Assembly (NCBI GenBank): GCA_024704765.1
Contig: JAKMXF010000301.1
Location: forward strand, 53,945-117,944
Origin: Oopsacas minuta
Lineage: Eukaryota > Animalia > Porifera
Length of the DNA stretch: 64,000 nucleotides
Direction: 5' to 3'
Both the position numbers and the translations under genes were made by a program. How positions within the stretch are numbered: the first letter of the stretch is position 1; each line of letters starts with the position of its first letter. Positions 23,293 to 37,390 of this stretch are shown here, in pieces. A model generated the notes under the pieces. The model searched no databases. It was not told the origin of the DNA and was given only the letters and a program-made list of their open reading frames with translations.

Positions 23293-23699
23293 CAGTCAAA
23301 CCTGACTAACGGATACAGTCACTTAAATCAATCCCGGCCGATTTCCCATTACAATGACCTCTGTATAGCGGTACCTGTTCAACACGGCTGTAGGCCACCA
23401 TTTTTGTTCCCTTGCTGGCGCTAACCTGTCCATAACGGCCGCTATCCCTATATAGTGGTCGATTCCTATTAGGTCTACCTTTGATAAGTCCCTTAGGTGG
23501 CCATCATTACCTACTTCTGCTGTATTATCGTTGATATCCGTCACATGTATTAAAGACCGACTTTTCTATATCACAACCATCAACATAAAGATACTACCAC
23601 ACTAGTGTATAATGGCCAAATTTCTCTATAGCTGCCACCTGTATATAACGGCCACTTTTGGACAGCCCTTTCGGTGGCCGTTAAAGACAGGTTAGATTG
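23293..23699. mobile_element. pogo-type MITE (407 bp)
   Basis: TA|CAGTCAAACCTG... and ...CAGGTTAGATTG|TA imperfect TIRs; repeated TAACGGCC/TAGCGG subterminal motifs. Confidence 0.7.
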
Positions 23700-24530
23700 T
23701 ACATCGAAGTTGAAGTAACAAAATGGGCTGGCAGGTTAAATAAACCAGAAAATTGTATCTTAGAAAGATATATCGTTTAACGTATCTTCTTTATTAGGGC
23801 ATTCTGCTGTAATCCCTGAACAATTATTAACATAGATTAAGTTACATGAAAAGATATGATGATATTCATAAATACAAAACATTTATGAGCAAACCATACT
23901 AAATTCATGAGCAAATATACTCCCCTTTATAATGAAGGTTATTGGGCCTTGTAAAAGTTCAGAGAGGGTGGATACCCGTTTTGAAAATACACTTTTTCAT
24001 ATATTTTGATAATATTCTGATTGTTTTTACAGCAAATTTAGAGTGCCTTAGTATTAGACTTGACTGAATTATACTCGATGCACTGTCTTATTTCCTTACT
24101 TTGATGTCTCTATTGTACCAACTAAACCAAAATCAATAAATCGAAATATGATAAAAATTTCTTTACATAATTTCATGGTCAAGCGAAATGTGTCTTAAGT
24201 AGACTGATCCCACCATATGGATCCATTAAGTGAAACAAACTATAGAGGAATATCGATACAAACATCGAATTGAGTGGAATCAAGTGTAAATAGAGAGAAT
24301 TCAGTGATGGATTCATTCTCGGGGTATTTAAGGTAGCAGTACATTTGCCACATATAGTAGGGTTGTTAATGAATAACTTGAATTCAATAACCAGTTAACA
24401 ATACTTTTCATTGACGACCGATAAACCCGTGAATACGGGTAATTACTATGTTATGCAAAAATTGACATTCACTTGCACTAACTGTCGATAAAAGAGTACA
24501 GCAAATGGACATGAACTTAGTCGTATTATA

Positions 24531-27183
24531 CAGGGTTGTTCAATAAGTAATGGGACTAATGTATCGAATTCATGTTCTAGTTAATAGCATAGATCTAAGC
24601 CAAACATCAGATTACAAGCCTACCTTGATTGTCTAACTGCGATACAATATACTCTTTACTCTACTAGGATATTCTTCAGTATAAAGTTTCATTTGTAGAG
24701 GAGACTTTTTTCAACTGATAGATTATAGCAAAGAAGGAAAACGACAAATAATTTGATACCTGTGTGAAAAGGGGAAGACTGGCTCATACATTCTTCGTGA
24801 AATACAGGATATTCTCGGTGATTAATGTCCTTCGAAAGCCCTTGTATATACAGGGTGTCCCATAATTATTGTCGTATCCGATATTTGTAGATATTCGTTT
24901 ACCGTATTTCCAATCTGTTATCAATTTGCATTGTTATTCATATGCAAGTACTAGTGTGAATTATCATTAGAATTTATATGGAACCTTATATTTTCTCCAG
25001 TGAATTTATCACAATCGAGTATTTCATCAACTTGTTAAATTATTTCATCATGAATGTCAAAAATTCCTCCGAAACTCTTCGTACAGGGCAGTCGGAATTA
25101 TTATCGGTGGGATGGTGCAGAAAGATGTTGCTAAGACCTTAGAAAAACCACTCAGAACGATACAGCGTTGGTGGGCACGATATAGACGAGGTCAAGATCT
25201 AGGACATATGGTAGGTGCTGGGTGTCCCAAAACAATCACAAGGGAGGCGAAGATAGTTATATCTAAATATCTTGGCAAAATTCGTCAATCCCCCTACAAA
25301 GATCACGATAAAACTCAAGCGAAAGGGTTATGGTTTCTCTAAATCGACTGTTCACCGCTATTTGAAGGAAACGATTGGAGTGTCTGTCTATAAAAGACCC
25401 AAAATTCCCAAATTGACTGAAAAACAGAGGGAAAATCGGCTAAATTTTTGTATTGAAAGGGAAAATTGGAATTTGGATGAGTGGAAACGAGTCCTATCGA
25501 GTGATGAATCACCATACGAACTATTTCATCCCAGTTCCGCCCAAAATGATAGGGTTTGGTCCATTGACAGCTCCAAAGTACCACCTCATGAAGTTACCAA
25601 AAACCCCCTAAAAGTGATGGTCTGGGCCATTATGACCTATCGTGGGCTCTAAGAATTAAATTTCATTCCTCCTAAACAGACTATAAACTCTCAATATTAT
25701 GTAGAAGAGATATTGGAGAAATCTTATCGACTTGCGGTGGGTCGTTCAAAAACGGCAGGCAGCATTCTGACCAGGAAATTACTCCCTAACATGTCTCGGG
25801 CCATATTTATGCAATACGAGGCACCAGTACACACTATCAGTCGCACGCAGGAATGGTGCAAAAACGACTTGCCAGCTTTCTGGGCCAAAGGGAAATGGCC
25901 TGGCAATTCACCGGATTTAAATCCGATAGAAAATCTATGGAGTATTTTGCAGAAGTTGAATGAGATGAAACCCTCAACCAACCTCAATCAGTTAGCAGAA
26001 AGTCTCAAGAGTGGCTGAAGGGACATTAATCCATTGATCTTAGAATTTTAGTTGCTGGAATGCCAACACGTATTGATAAATGCATACAATTGAAAGGAGG
26101 ATATATTGGAAATTATTGTCTTCTTTTCTCAATTAATGGCAATAATAACATAAGAAGAAATATACGACAATAATTATGGGACACCATGTAGATGGATCGA
26201 ACGTCTTGATAATTGTGATGTGGAACTCCACGATGACCCTCGTCCAGGTCGTCCGACTTCCTCAAAACCCGCAGTATATCGAGAGGGTCCAAACAATTTA
26301 GGACCAGGACAGATGAATAACGCTGCGAGAGTTAGAAGAGAGGGTAGGTATATCAAATTCACACTACACTCGATTATCACTGAAGATCAGGAAATGTCGA
26401 AGGTAACTGCGCGTTGGGTCCCAAAACTTCTTTCAATAGAACAAAAAAGGCAAAAGGGTCAGAGTTAGCAAAGAAATACTTTCAAGACACAAGGCAGAGG
26501 AAGACTTTTTGGATCGTATAGTAACAGGGGATGAAACTTGGTTTCATAATTATGAACCAGAGAGCAAAACTCAATCAAAGCAATGGAAGAGACGTGATGA
26601 ACCTCTACCCATCATGATAAAGCCCACAAAAGCAGCAGGGAAGAGAATGGCAACAGTATTTTGGGATAGGGAAGGAATTATACACCTCGACTGGTTGCCT
26701 GAGAAGACAACCATAAACAGTGATTATTACGTTGACGAATTGAAAGAATTGCGTCAAGCGATTAAACGTGAGAGGCGAGGCAAGTTGACACGTGGCGTAT
26801 TGCTGCACATGACAACACAAAGCCCCGTGTAAGCTCCAAGGTAATGGCTGCAATTGATGACTTGGGGTTTGAATGTCTCCCTCATTCCCCGTATAGTCCA
26901 GACCAGGCTCCCAGCGACGACTTGTTGTTTGGAGAGATAAAGAGACCTGTTCGAGGTAAGAGATTTGAGGATTTCAAACGGCTTGAGTATGAAATACAAC
27001 AGTGGAAAAATGGGACCCCTAAAGAATTCTATACTAATGGGCTAGAAAAGTTACCAGAGCGATGGAAACGATGTATAAAGTTAAAGGGGGAATTTATCAA
27101 AACATTTGATAATCAATTATGAAACGTATAGGTTTACTATATGAGTTATGAAAAAAGTCTCATTATTTATTGAACAACCCTTG
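24531..27183 (+). mobile_element. mariner (DD34D) transposon interrupted by a DD37E element
   Basis: TIR CAGGGTTGTTCAATAA(G/A)TAATG(G/A)GACT at 24531 and ending 27183, TA flanks. Frame rejoins across the insert (..KPLY|RWIER..DDPRPGRP). Also RWVPKLL, IVTGDETW, PHSPYSPDQAPSD. Confidence 0.9.
24851..26188 (+). mobile_element. Tc1-like DD37E transposon (1338 bp) nested in mariner
   Basis: 27-bp TIR CAGGGTGTCCCATAATTATTGTCGTAT (1 mismatch), TA TSD. ORFs 25112-26018 with TIQRWW, SSDES, WPGNSPDLNPIENLW; 37-residue spacing, but the second Asp is mutated to Tyr. Confidence 0.92.
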
Positions 27184-27229
27184 TAGTAGTAAACTAGAAA
27201 TCTCCTAACCTAAAGAGTAACAAATATCT

Positions 27230-30200
27230 TTCGCTTTACTGAGTTGAAAATGCCTTTCAAACCATAAAGCAGTTAACAGAATTTTCATTCAACCTTGAGC
27301 GCAATTTAGTATGAATAATCTAATAGCCCAGAATGCACGCTCGGCCCTACACTTGTAGCAGGTATTGAGGAAAGTGCTTTATGTACTTTATAAAATTTCT
27401 GATTCAGTTCCAGCGGCCTCAAATAGTCTCATTCCTAAACAACGGAAAGGAATCCATCATCTTGCTTTTGCTTGGTAGTGTGCGAGGTAGATATTTCTAT
27501 TGCTCTACATACCTGGCCAGTATAGAATCTGAGGGTAATAGTACAATCACTTCACATTCTTTGGGGAGTTCCAGAGAATTAATACAGTCTATACTTCCAA
27601 AATGTGAAAAACCTGGAAGAATATGTTTCAAAGTTTTCTGCACATCCTTTTGCTAATAGAGGGCTCATCAAAGAAACAATCAAGATTTACTAAATTTTTA
27701 TTGCATTAACAACATCACCCAAGCCGCCATTCATGAAAGCGTTTTTCAAGGCTCTTCTTTAATTGAATAGCAAAATTAGATCAATTATCCCATAGCTGTA
27801 GGATCAGAAAGTCGAAAATCCTCCGGCAGAAAGTACATTCAAGTTTACACAAAACGAATATCCACTGTTAGATTGGTTTTAAAGTAGAGGGAATATTTTC
27901 GAGAACAGTGTTCTCGCTAAGCCTTTTTGGGGAGGCGCAGCACCCTCTTATTGTGATTATGCACCCCCCTATCGTGCCTAGATAGACATAGTGTACCCCT
28001 CTATTGTGTATAACACACCTAATATACCCAATATAGTATTCCACTATAACTTATACAATGGATATTTATGAAAATTCTAAATAATAATATGATAATCAGA
28101 TAATAGTATTAATTCACCATTCAGAGTCACTAGTATGCGAATGATGAGAATCATGAGATCGAGAAATCTGTATTCGTCTATTACCCATAGATTCCCTTTC
28201 TTTAGAGCTGGGTATGGGTCCCAGTTTTGGATAGAGGGACCTTCAATAGAAATTCGCATAAGGTGATCCAATGTTTTAGATTTCAAACGGTTTCTCTGTG
28301 CAGATTTAATCCTTTTCATAGTAGAAAAAAGTATTTCAACCTGCGCACTCGATGCAGGTAATACTGCAATACGTCCCAAAATGTTTGAAATTAGTGGATA
28401 TGCTACTGCCATCGTTTCTCTGTTTGGTGGGGAATGCATAACATGAACAGCTACCTCCACACTCCAAGGCATTGGCAAGCTTTGAACAAATGACTTGTAT
28501 CCTGTGTACTCTTGCCAAAGTTTATGCCCGTCGATCTGTAATGTATCTCCAATCTCCAACATGTTAACTTGAGTAGCAGATTGGACATTTTGTGGATCAA
28601 AGTATCCAAGCAGCGTGAGTGTTCTAACATGAGAAAACCTATTCTCTAAATTAGTTATGATGGCACCAATGTATGATTTGGCATTCTTAATAAAGCTAGT
28701 TTCTTCAAGTGGAGTAGTAACTTCAATTTCTTCATTGTTGCTTCTAGGTCCATCATATATCCACCATGTAGAGGGTCTTCTTTAATCACACATAATGCTA
28801 CTTTAGCATCCTCAACTAACTGCTCCACAGCAAGTAAGTTGAGTTGTGCTAACTGGAATGTTCGAGAAAGGTTCCCCAGTATAGCAAGAATGTTTGAGAG
28901 AAGCAGTAGTGATGCAATGAATGTAGGGTTTACAATTTCATTGCAAAGCCCATGGGCAGTTGCTTCTCCCTCAGCAGCCTCATGCTATAACGTTGCATAT
29001 ACAGCCTTTATGGTTCTTCGAAGAGCATCTATTGCACCTTGATGTGACAGCTACCTTGTCTCTATAGGGCGTTGTAACTTCAAATGAGGTTCATTCAGTG
29101 CCTTTTGCATCTCACAAATTCTGAAGTACGCACAGTACTCCCTGAAAAAAAGACATAGATTTGATTCAGAATTCGCTGGAATCTTTGGATGATTGTAGAT
29201 GCATTACAAGTATCACAGGTTGCAAGAGATAACCTATGTGTACTACAGTTTGTAGCGATGAATGTAGGTACTACTTGCTTGATTCTAGTCACCACACCAT
29301 GTTCACATCCCACCATGACTGAGGCTCCATCAGTAACACCACCTGCTAGCTTGCTAATATCAAGTGTAACTGGTACTTTAGAGGTTAGGTAGGAAATCAC
29401 GGCTTCTGTAATTACATCTGCTGTTCCATGGATGATTTCTAGCAATTTTAGATTCCTGGTACGAACAACTGCATTATTATCCAGATACTGAATACTAATA
29501 CCAAGCTGTTTAGTCACAGATATATCTGTAGCCTCACAAGGATGATAGAATAAAAACGCGATTTATTTACTTCACTGAGAATCTCCTCTTCTAGAGTTAT
29601 GCCTATCACTTCAACTATTTCTCCCATTATCTGCTCGGATTCATAGTTTGTATTGCCAGATTGTTTCAGCACTGATAGACTCTTGTTACCTAGTAGTATA
29701 CACAGCACTCTCAGATCTGAAAAATTTGTGGTGTGGGCTATTTCATGTTTGTTGAGATAGTACATGCAACGCATAGCATGACAGAAGGCAAATTCGTCTA
29801 CTGTCAGTGTGTTTCTTCTTTCCACCATGCTTATTACAGTAGATTTATTTGCTACTCTGTCTTCCACTCCTGATAAACCATCTGACTATCTGCGTGAGCT
29901 TTGCACGACTCATGTCTCCCAAGTTTGCCAGGTCTGTTTCCTGTAAATGGCATAGTAATAAACACTCCCGAACGGCTTCGAACTTCATGTTTATTGTGGA
30001 TACATTACTGACAGTAATGGCCATCTTCTTTCAACAATAACTACGGATAAACATCACGCCATTTCGACTCTCCAAACGATCTCCAGGAAGTTGTAGTACC
30101 ACGTCTTGAGCTAGAGGACTCAGACCCACCGAAAGAACCCGCATCCAATTTTACAAAAGAAGATGACTCAGAGCAGGGACGATCAGTATCAGAGTTCTGC

Positions 30201-31640
30201 TCGATAGATTCTTGTGATGTGAAGAAATTCATGCCCAATCTTTGTTGGCCCTCAGAAAGCTTGAGCTTTTTTAGCGGCATATCAGGATTCAGCTCTAAAT
30301 CACGCAGTTAAATAATCTAAAACAGTCGCACTACCCTAATTAAGAAAGTTCTTTTTCTAGTAGAATTATCCCGTGATACCGTATAATAGCCTAGTAATTC
30401 GATGTTATAAATTCACCCAAAAAACGGGCAATATACATCTTCATTCCTTAAGGGTGCATTTTAACGCGTATTGTGCACAGAGTGTGTACAGTGCACCCCC
30501 TATTACATAATCCTGGCGAGAACCCTGTTCGAGAACAAGCCAATCTCTTTCACTAATCTCAAAACCGATGCTAATATCAATCATTGCCTTTCATCGTGGT
30601 TTTCTGACATATAAAAACCGATTAATCATTGAAATTAAGCTGTTCCATCTAGTTTTACAATCCCAAATTTCAGTTTTTTCCCTAAATGCTCATTAATATA
30701 CTTATTGAGTATTTCGTTCTTTAAAGGAGATTTCTGAACATATGAACAATGTTGCGTACTTTAGTTATAGTAGCGCTAATACTTAATATATACAGAGGGA
30801 TAAAAATATCATTGATTTCACCATCACCATTATCATATTTGCTACACTATTCAACGTTGGAACTTCCGCTACTAATGTCATTGAGTAATGGAGAGATAAT
30901 AGCGCTACATTCATTAGTCAGAATGTTTCTTTGCATTTCAATTGGTGATAAATTCTTGGAATACAATACATCTACTGCTAGATGCACTCCATGTCTAGAC
31001 AGATTGTTGACTCAACCTTCCCAATTTTACCATACCCAGGGCTCCATCGCATACAATGCAATCTATGTGCTGATGTAGATCAATCGTAAATTCATATAAC
31101 CTTTCGATAAATAAATTAAGCACTTCTTCCGCAGACAGCTTTCCAATAATTTTCTATATTCTAAGATTCCAAAATTTGTTCCGATTAATTATATTCACAC
31201 TCATTCGTATATCACATTTTCTAAATTGAGGTATACTCAACAAGAGACATTGAATCATATTCTATTCGCTAGTAATACTTGTAATATGGATGTGAATCCC
31301 TTGATGTGTTTTCGCATACCAGAGTACCATCTTAGAAATTATACAGTGGCTTGTGACGGGAATAAATTGTCGAGCAAACAATGCAGAATGAAAAATTACT
31401 TTGACTAATCTTCAAATAGCTTATCCCATCCTCAGCTGCTAACTTAGCAATTACTTCATCCAAAGTTTTCGTTTTGAAATTCAGTGATAAATGTTTGAGT
31501 GTCGAATTATTTCGTCGGACGGTGGTTAATGTGAAGTATCTAATCGAGTATTATGAATCATGAGATGATTTCTTAACCCAGTTGTAGAACCACCCTTGAG
31601 CCTCAAATTCTTGTGACAAATTTGACATTTGGCCTCTTCC
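27230..31640 (-). mobile_element. Degenerate BED-finger (Ac-like) hAT transposase split by another hAT
   Basis: KCQICHKNLRLKGGSTTGLRNHL (31561-31630, BED finger), IAKLAAEDGI, CDGALGMVKLG, HGVHLAVDDVLY, DCKTRWNSLISMINRFL, ..WLVLE|NIPSTLKPI.. across the insert, then ALSSIPATSV and TKLRSRL (C-terminal dimerisation region). TIRs not identified. Confidence 0.75.
27906..30527 (-). mobile_element. hAT transposon with ZNF862-like transposase (2622 bp), defective
   Basis: TIR CAG(T/G)GTTCTCGC, 8-bp TSD TTCGAGAA (27898-27905 / 30528-30535), TGCACCCC subterminal repeats. Fragments HEIAHTTNF, FYSIIL..ATDISV, TDGASVMVG, NCSTHRLSLA, LPASSAQVEILFSTMKRIKSAQRNRL. Confidence 0.92.
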
Positions 31641-31859
31641 TGGTCCTTAACAAGATGAACCCAGCCTTCGGATCGTTTAGCGATTGAGAATTTGATATGA
31701 ATTCTAAAATACTAGCAAGGAAAATACATGTAACAATTAATATGTAATTTGTTGATCATATCAATAATTGATAATATTTATGGTTCAAGAATAACAGAAA
31801 ATTTGAAATTTACTAAAAGGTTATCAACACTAACATGTAACTTCTAATCACATAGCCAA

Positions 31860-32400
31860 ACGTCAAAGCCAGATGAAATTGGTAAGAATTTGATATTTGC
31901 TTTCATGAAACAATTGGCTGAAATCATGTCTGGAAAAATTGAGATCAAGAACCTGAATACAAAATCTTTCATCGAATTTTATTATGCAAAGTATTGCATA
32001 TCACTGGCTTGGATATATTCAATGGCGTGAAGACCTTCTTGAAATTGCAAAGATTGCGTGGGATAATTTCGTTGGAAAAACTAGATGGACCTAATTCTTG
32101 TACAGGTAACAGATCTGGTGTTGTAAAACGAATCCAAATATGTTACAAAATCTGCAAAGCGAACACACTGGTTCAGCTATCGTGAACCATTAGCGGCTTA
32201 GGACCTGTCTACAATTTTGAATCAATCAATAAAGCATGTTGTAACCAGAGTGAATTTTGTCAAAGTTCGGCCAATTAAACAGAGACTAGCAATGTCTTTA
32301 GTCAAGAAATAGTTAAACAATCAGTTTATGCAGGGCATACAATTCATGATCATTGAGTGAGCCGAAAGGTTAGAAGTTTGTACAACAAACTTATGTAATG
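31860..32400 (+). pseudogene. Highly degenerate hAT (Buster-like) transposase fragment
   Basis: KPDEIGKNLI (cf. KPHTIGETLI), DGPNSCTGNRSGVVKRI (cf. DGAPSMTG..SG.V.RI), VVTRVNFVKVRP (cf. VVKIVNFIKARP). No ends found. Confidence 0.5.
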
Positions 32401-33601
32401 GAAACCTGTGGAGAAAAACAAGCCAAATATGTTCACATGTATAAGTTAAATTATTTTTGAAAATAATATAATATCACTACAAATTGGAGAAAATATTTGT
32501 CTCATTTGATATAACTGACAGACAATTTGATAATTATTTTGGAAATTCACTGATTTCTACTGGTGAATATGAATGGGTAATAAACCAATTCTTAGTCAGT
32601 AGAGCTGCCTATCTTGCAACCGTTAAGAGTGGAGGAGCAGTTCATTGATATAACTAATCCAATGAAACAGCTAAAGGAATCACTTTCAAGAAATGTAAAT
32701 AGGAAATTTCTGGACATGTTTATGTTTGAACTATACCATACTTGCAAAGCAAGCCTCAAGGTATTGATAACTTTTACTAAGACATGGGCATGCAAAAATT
32801 GGTTTCAATGCATTAACCTCTATGAAAACAAAAGGTCGAATTGCCTACAGGTGGAACACGATTTATCACTCGCCCTCGTCCAGAAAATAGAGAGCCAAAC
32901 TTCACATATCTTACCACAAACATACAGGCACACTCCCTACAGTGAACCTGAAAATGAGCTAGTGAATATAGGCATATAACTGTATTTATGCATTAGTAAT
33001 AATTAATCTATTGAACTCCTTCGAGAAGTATGCGCCATCTGCTTCATTTCTACCTTTTTAGCTTAGCGGTTAACCCTATGGTATCCATTAATTGGAATTT
33101 CACAGTTGTCAGAGACGTGGATGCCCACTAACATTCGAATTACTCCAAACTAAAATGTCTTCATCCCTCACCACGGTTTATGTAATTGAAATACGTAGGT
33201 TCTAATAGTTGATGTGGATATATCATTAAGAAAAATACTCTATTTGTTGAGAATTTTTGTTTATACAGAGGAAGAATAGTTACTTCATGACAATACTACT
33301 TCACAAAACTTCAATATTCGTATAGTGGATGGCAATATGTGGTTACAAAAGTCATGAAGCTACAAATTTATAGGATGCAAATATATGTCTTAAGGATACT
33401 GTTTTATCTCTGAAAATATAGACCAAGAATTTGGATATCAACAAGATATAGACTTCTATCAATCAATTAATGCTAATATATGATATCAATAGAAATCCGG
33501 GTAAGATTATCACAGAATGTGAGTATTGCAGTCGTAGGTGATATATCAAAGTTTATCTGACTTGTGTGTATCCTTTATAGTTAATAGAATCCGAATACAT
33601 A

Positions 33602-34968
33602 CCGGGTGTTTCAAAAAAAAACAGGCCCCAAATCATGGAGCCATATTTCAGACGATTCTATGTATTCAGATATACCATTGATAACTAGTATAAATATACT
33701 ACTTTTTAACAATATAACTAAGGGAAAAGGTTGAAATTACTGGAATACCCAACTTATAGCATATGTTCTAGGTGCCTGCCATTAACTTCCATGCATTTTC
33801 TTAGTCTTTTCACAAAATTCTTCATTACATCCATGCACACTGACTTTGGAATCTTTCCCATTTCATCCTTAATGGATATTTTTAGTTCTCTGATGCTCTG
33901 GGGTTTGTTAACATACACTTTATCCTTCAAATAGCCCCAAAGATAGAAATCAGGGGGGCTCAGGTCCGGGCTATGAGGGGCACACTCAAAGGGGGTCAGT
34001 CGACTGATGATTCTGGTTCCAAAGTGGTTTTTAAGCCATTCCCTAGCAATTAATGAGGTATGAGCAGGGGCCCCATCCTGCTGGAACCATAATTTGGGTA
34101 GTAGAGAGGGGTAGAGTGATTCCACTTCTTTCCAGAACTCATTAAGCACCTTGACGTAGAGTTCCTTTGTCACAGTCACATTTCGACCATTTTCTTCGAT
34201 GAAAATAGGTCCAATGATGCCTCTCGCCCCAATAGCAGCCCACACGGTGCATCTTTCGGAATGTAATGGCTTCTGAACTATCTCTGAAGGCTTCTGAGTA
34301 CCCCAAAATACATTGTTCTTACTATTGACCCGCCCATCCAGCTCGAAATGAGCCTCATTCGAGGTGAAGAGAAGCCCAAGGAATGAGTCAACTTTCAACT
34401 TTGGCGACCAATTTCTCAGCCATAGCTACCCTCTTGACCTTATCTACATTTTTGATAGCTTCTGGCCAGTTTGTATTCTATAAGGGAAAAAGGACAAATC
34501 TTGTTTCAAGACTCCCCAGAGGGTGGTAGGAGTGATACCAAGAGACTGGCTCCTCTTCCGGATTGACCTTTTTGGGCTGTTTCCAACTGCCTCCCTGACA
34601 TCATCAATAACCTCCGCAGTTCTCTTCCTAGGTCTCCCAGAATGAGTTGGACGCTTGGAATCCTTTGTATTTAGGTTTAGCACGGTCCAATAAGCCCTAA
34701 AATGGCTAACCCAGGATTGAATCACACTCTTACAGGGCGAGGAAGCTGCCTCAAACTTTGCATGAAATAACTCATTGACCGTCGTAAACGACCCATGTTT
34801 GAAGTAGAATTTGACACAGAATATGCGGTGTTCCAACTTCCAATTTGGCATGGATGTATTCACAGGAGTTGTTTCTGCCATATAGTAAAGAGAAAATATT
34901 GCTATAATAGAATACCTGTACATAGAGAGAAAAAGATGTAACTGGGCCTAATTTTTTGAAACACCCGG
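33602..34968 (-). mobile_element. rosa-family (DD41D) Tc1/mariner transposon (1367 bp)
   Basis: TIR CCGGGTGTTTCAAAAAA, TA TSD on both sides. ORFs 34444-34923 and 33754-34398 with FTSNEAHF, WFQQDGAPAH, SPDLSPPDFYLWGYLKDKVY; 41 residues between the last two Asp. Frameshifted at about 34400-34450. Confidence 0.93.
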
Positions 34969-35299
34969 TATATGTAAAGATTGCTAATATAATAATGCTG
35001 GGGTTTCAGTAACTGAATATTGTGATAACCTCACGAATATTTCGCCATATAACAAAAAATACTCAACAGTTAAATACTTTCAGAACAAATACACATCTAA
35101 AATAGTTAACGAATAAGGGAATGCGGATGTGAAGAACATGAATATTTTAGGTTCGCATTACACTATTGTGAGGAGGAGAAATGACCTACATCTGTGAATT
35201 CCAATAGATTAAATACCGTACGGACAATCACTTAACTAAAGGTGGTAAGAATGAAGCGTATGATGTATATTTCACAAAAGAGTTAGAATGGTAAACATA

Positions 35300-36400
35300 C
35301 GAGGGTCACCTCGGAAGGTTTTGTCGTTAGATATATAATCTTATCACTATCAACTTAAAACCTTCCCACAAGATGTAAGAAAAAATCTATCGTTACAAAA
35401 TAATTTTTATACGAAACGCATATTTTTAGCGATGCCAGTTTAGCATATTTACATATCTCCATGGAAACGTTGCAAGATCGAATCGCGGGTCAGAATATAC
35501 TACAATTACAAGCGTGAGTTATCAACAGAAGAATGTCTTTGTGAAATGCAGAACGTATTCGTTAGTGATGTAGTTTCATTAAGCCTATACAAAATTAATA
35601 TCGCGAATTCAAGATGGGTCGGGCATCATTTGAAGATGAACCTCCTTCTGGAAGACCACACGCAGAAATTACATCAGAGATGATTGAGGCTGTGGATAAT
35701 GAGGTGTTTGCAAACCCACATATCACTCACAAACAGTTAGAAGAAACCATAAAGATTTCATCACCAGCAATTAATTCGATCCTACATGGATACCTATATG
35801 GCAGGAAGCTCTGTTGTTAGTGGGTCACTCATAAGTTGAGGCAAGCGCAGAATGTGAGAGAGTTGAATTTTGTCAATATATGCTCGAGAAGTATAACTCT
35901 GATTAAGGGAGGAGGATCTATGACAATAGGATGTACTCAATTTTCTTCAATCCCCCAGATTTGGTAAAGGTTGTTAACTTGATAGGGGTGCTACGGTTAC
36001 TGCAAATGGTATACCGATCTTTGTTTGGAAATGTCTTCAATAAGATCAAGAATCGTCGAACGAAAAGTGACTACGATGCATTAAATTGCATCATGGTAGT
36101 GCACCAGCATAAAAGGAAGCACATACAATGGATTATACCCAAGCAAAAGAAATATTTACCTTACCGCATCCACCATATTCTCCTGATATAGCAACATGTG
36201 ATTTCTGGCTCTTCCCAAATCTTAAGGAAAAACTCAAAGGTAGATGCTTTCTAGCGACGAAGAGTTGGAGTCAGCGGTCTTTCATGCGATTGAAATTACC
36301 CCATCGAAAAATTGGAACAAATCTTTCGATTATACCTGGAGGATTAGTCTCTATTTATGCAACCATTGCAAAGATACTGAGCAAATTGAAATGACCATAT
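35300..36400 (+). mobile_element. Degenerate, internally deleted mariner
   Basis: TA|CGAGGGTCACC left end; fragments EDEPPSGRP and PHPPYSPDIATCDFWLFPNLKEKLKG. Right TIR not found. Confidence 0.7.
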
Positions 36401-37390
36401 CTGAAAACAAGATGTGATTGTAAGAAAGTGACAATATTTACGGAATCGGGATAGTCGAAATTTCTAAGAGGAATAAATTTGTTGAGGCAATAAATTTGCA
36501 GATGACTAGTTAAATTTATTCACATGAATAAAAACATTTTTTAGGGTTTTGGATGGTAATAAATACCACCACACAAAATGTTAGAAATAGTAGTCGCAAC
36601 AAAAAAAGGTTTGAGAACTTCTGATCTAGTGGCACCGTATTCATGGTTCACGAGGGTCATACCCTCGATATTATGAAAAGATTTGAGATCGTATTTAAAC
36701 ATCAATTTGAAACTCAACCTAACACAGTGGTTTAAACGCCATTTGGTAAGGAAGAGAGAATTATATGAGTCCTGTTGTATGACAGATTTACTACCTCTAT
36801 TACTGGTACGATGGATACTTTATATACACGACAAAGTTACTACCTTACATGACAGAATTATTACCCTTTATAATGATATGAAATCGTTAACTCAACCTTT
36901 AGTTCTAATCACACTGATGATAATGCATTTCAATGGTATATTTGCTTCTGCTCTAGAGTTATATTACATAGCTAGGCCAAGCAAGATAATTTTAAATTTT
37001 TTATGAATTGTTTTCTTCCACGTATTTTTATATAGATATTGGACTGAGTTCGTTGTGTCTGGATTGTATAATGATGTCTAACGTATCTGTTGAATTTCAT
37101 CAAATTCCTATTATATTTCAGAATATATATTGCTATCATATATGGTAAAGTAACAATTTCGAATGAAATGAAGTGAGTAGACATATTGCTCATTAATAAA
37201 ACTCTAGAGCAGAAACAAAAAAACAATTGAAATACATTGTATCAGTGGGATAAGAACTCAGAATTGAGTTATACGATATCATGTCATGATCAAAGGGGAA
37301 TAATTCTGACTTCTTAGAAGAAAATTCATAGTCGCAATCGACTCGGAGGTAACGATAACAGATATACACATAATACTTTATACAAGCATA

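Noticed and set aside
32550-33240. Possible LINE endonuclease remnant or short-intron host exons (EIPINGYHRVNR, GRVINRVPP)
   Set aside because: Only two weak words, no GDFN or reverse-transcriptase motifs, and no consistent spliced frame.
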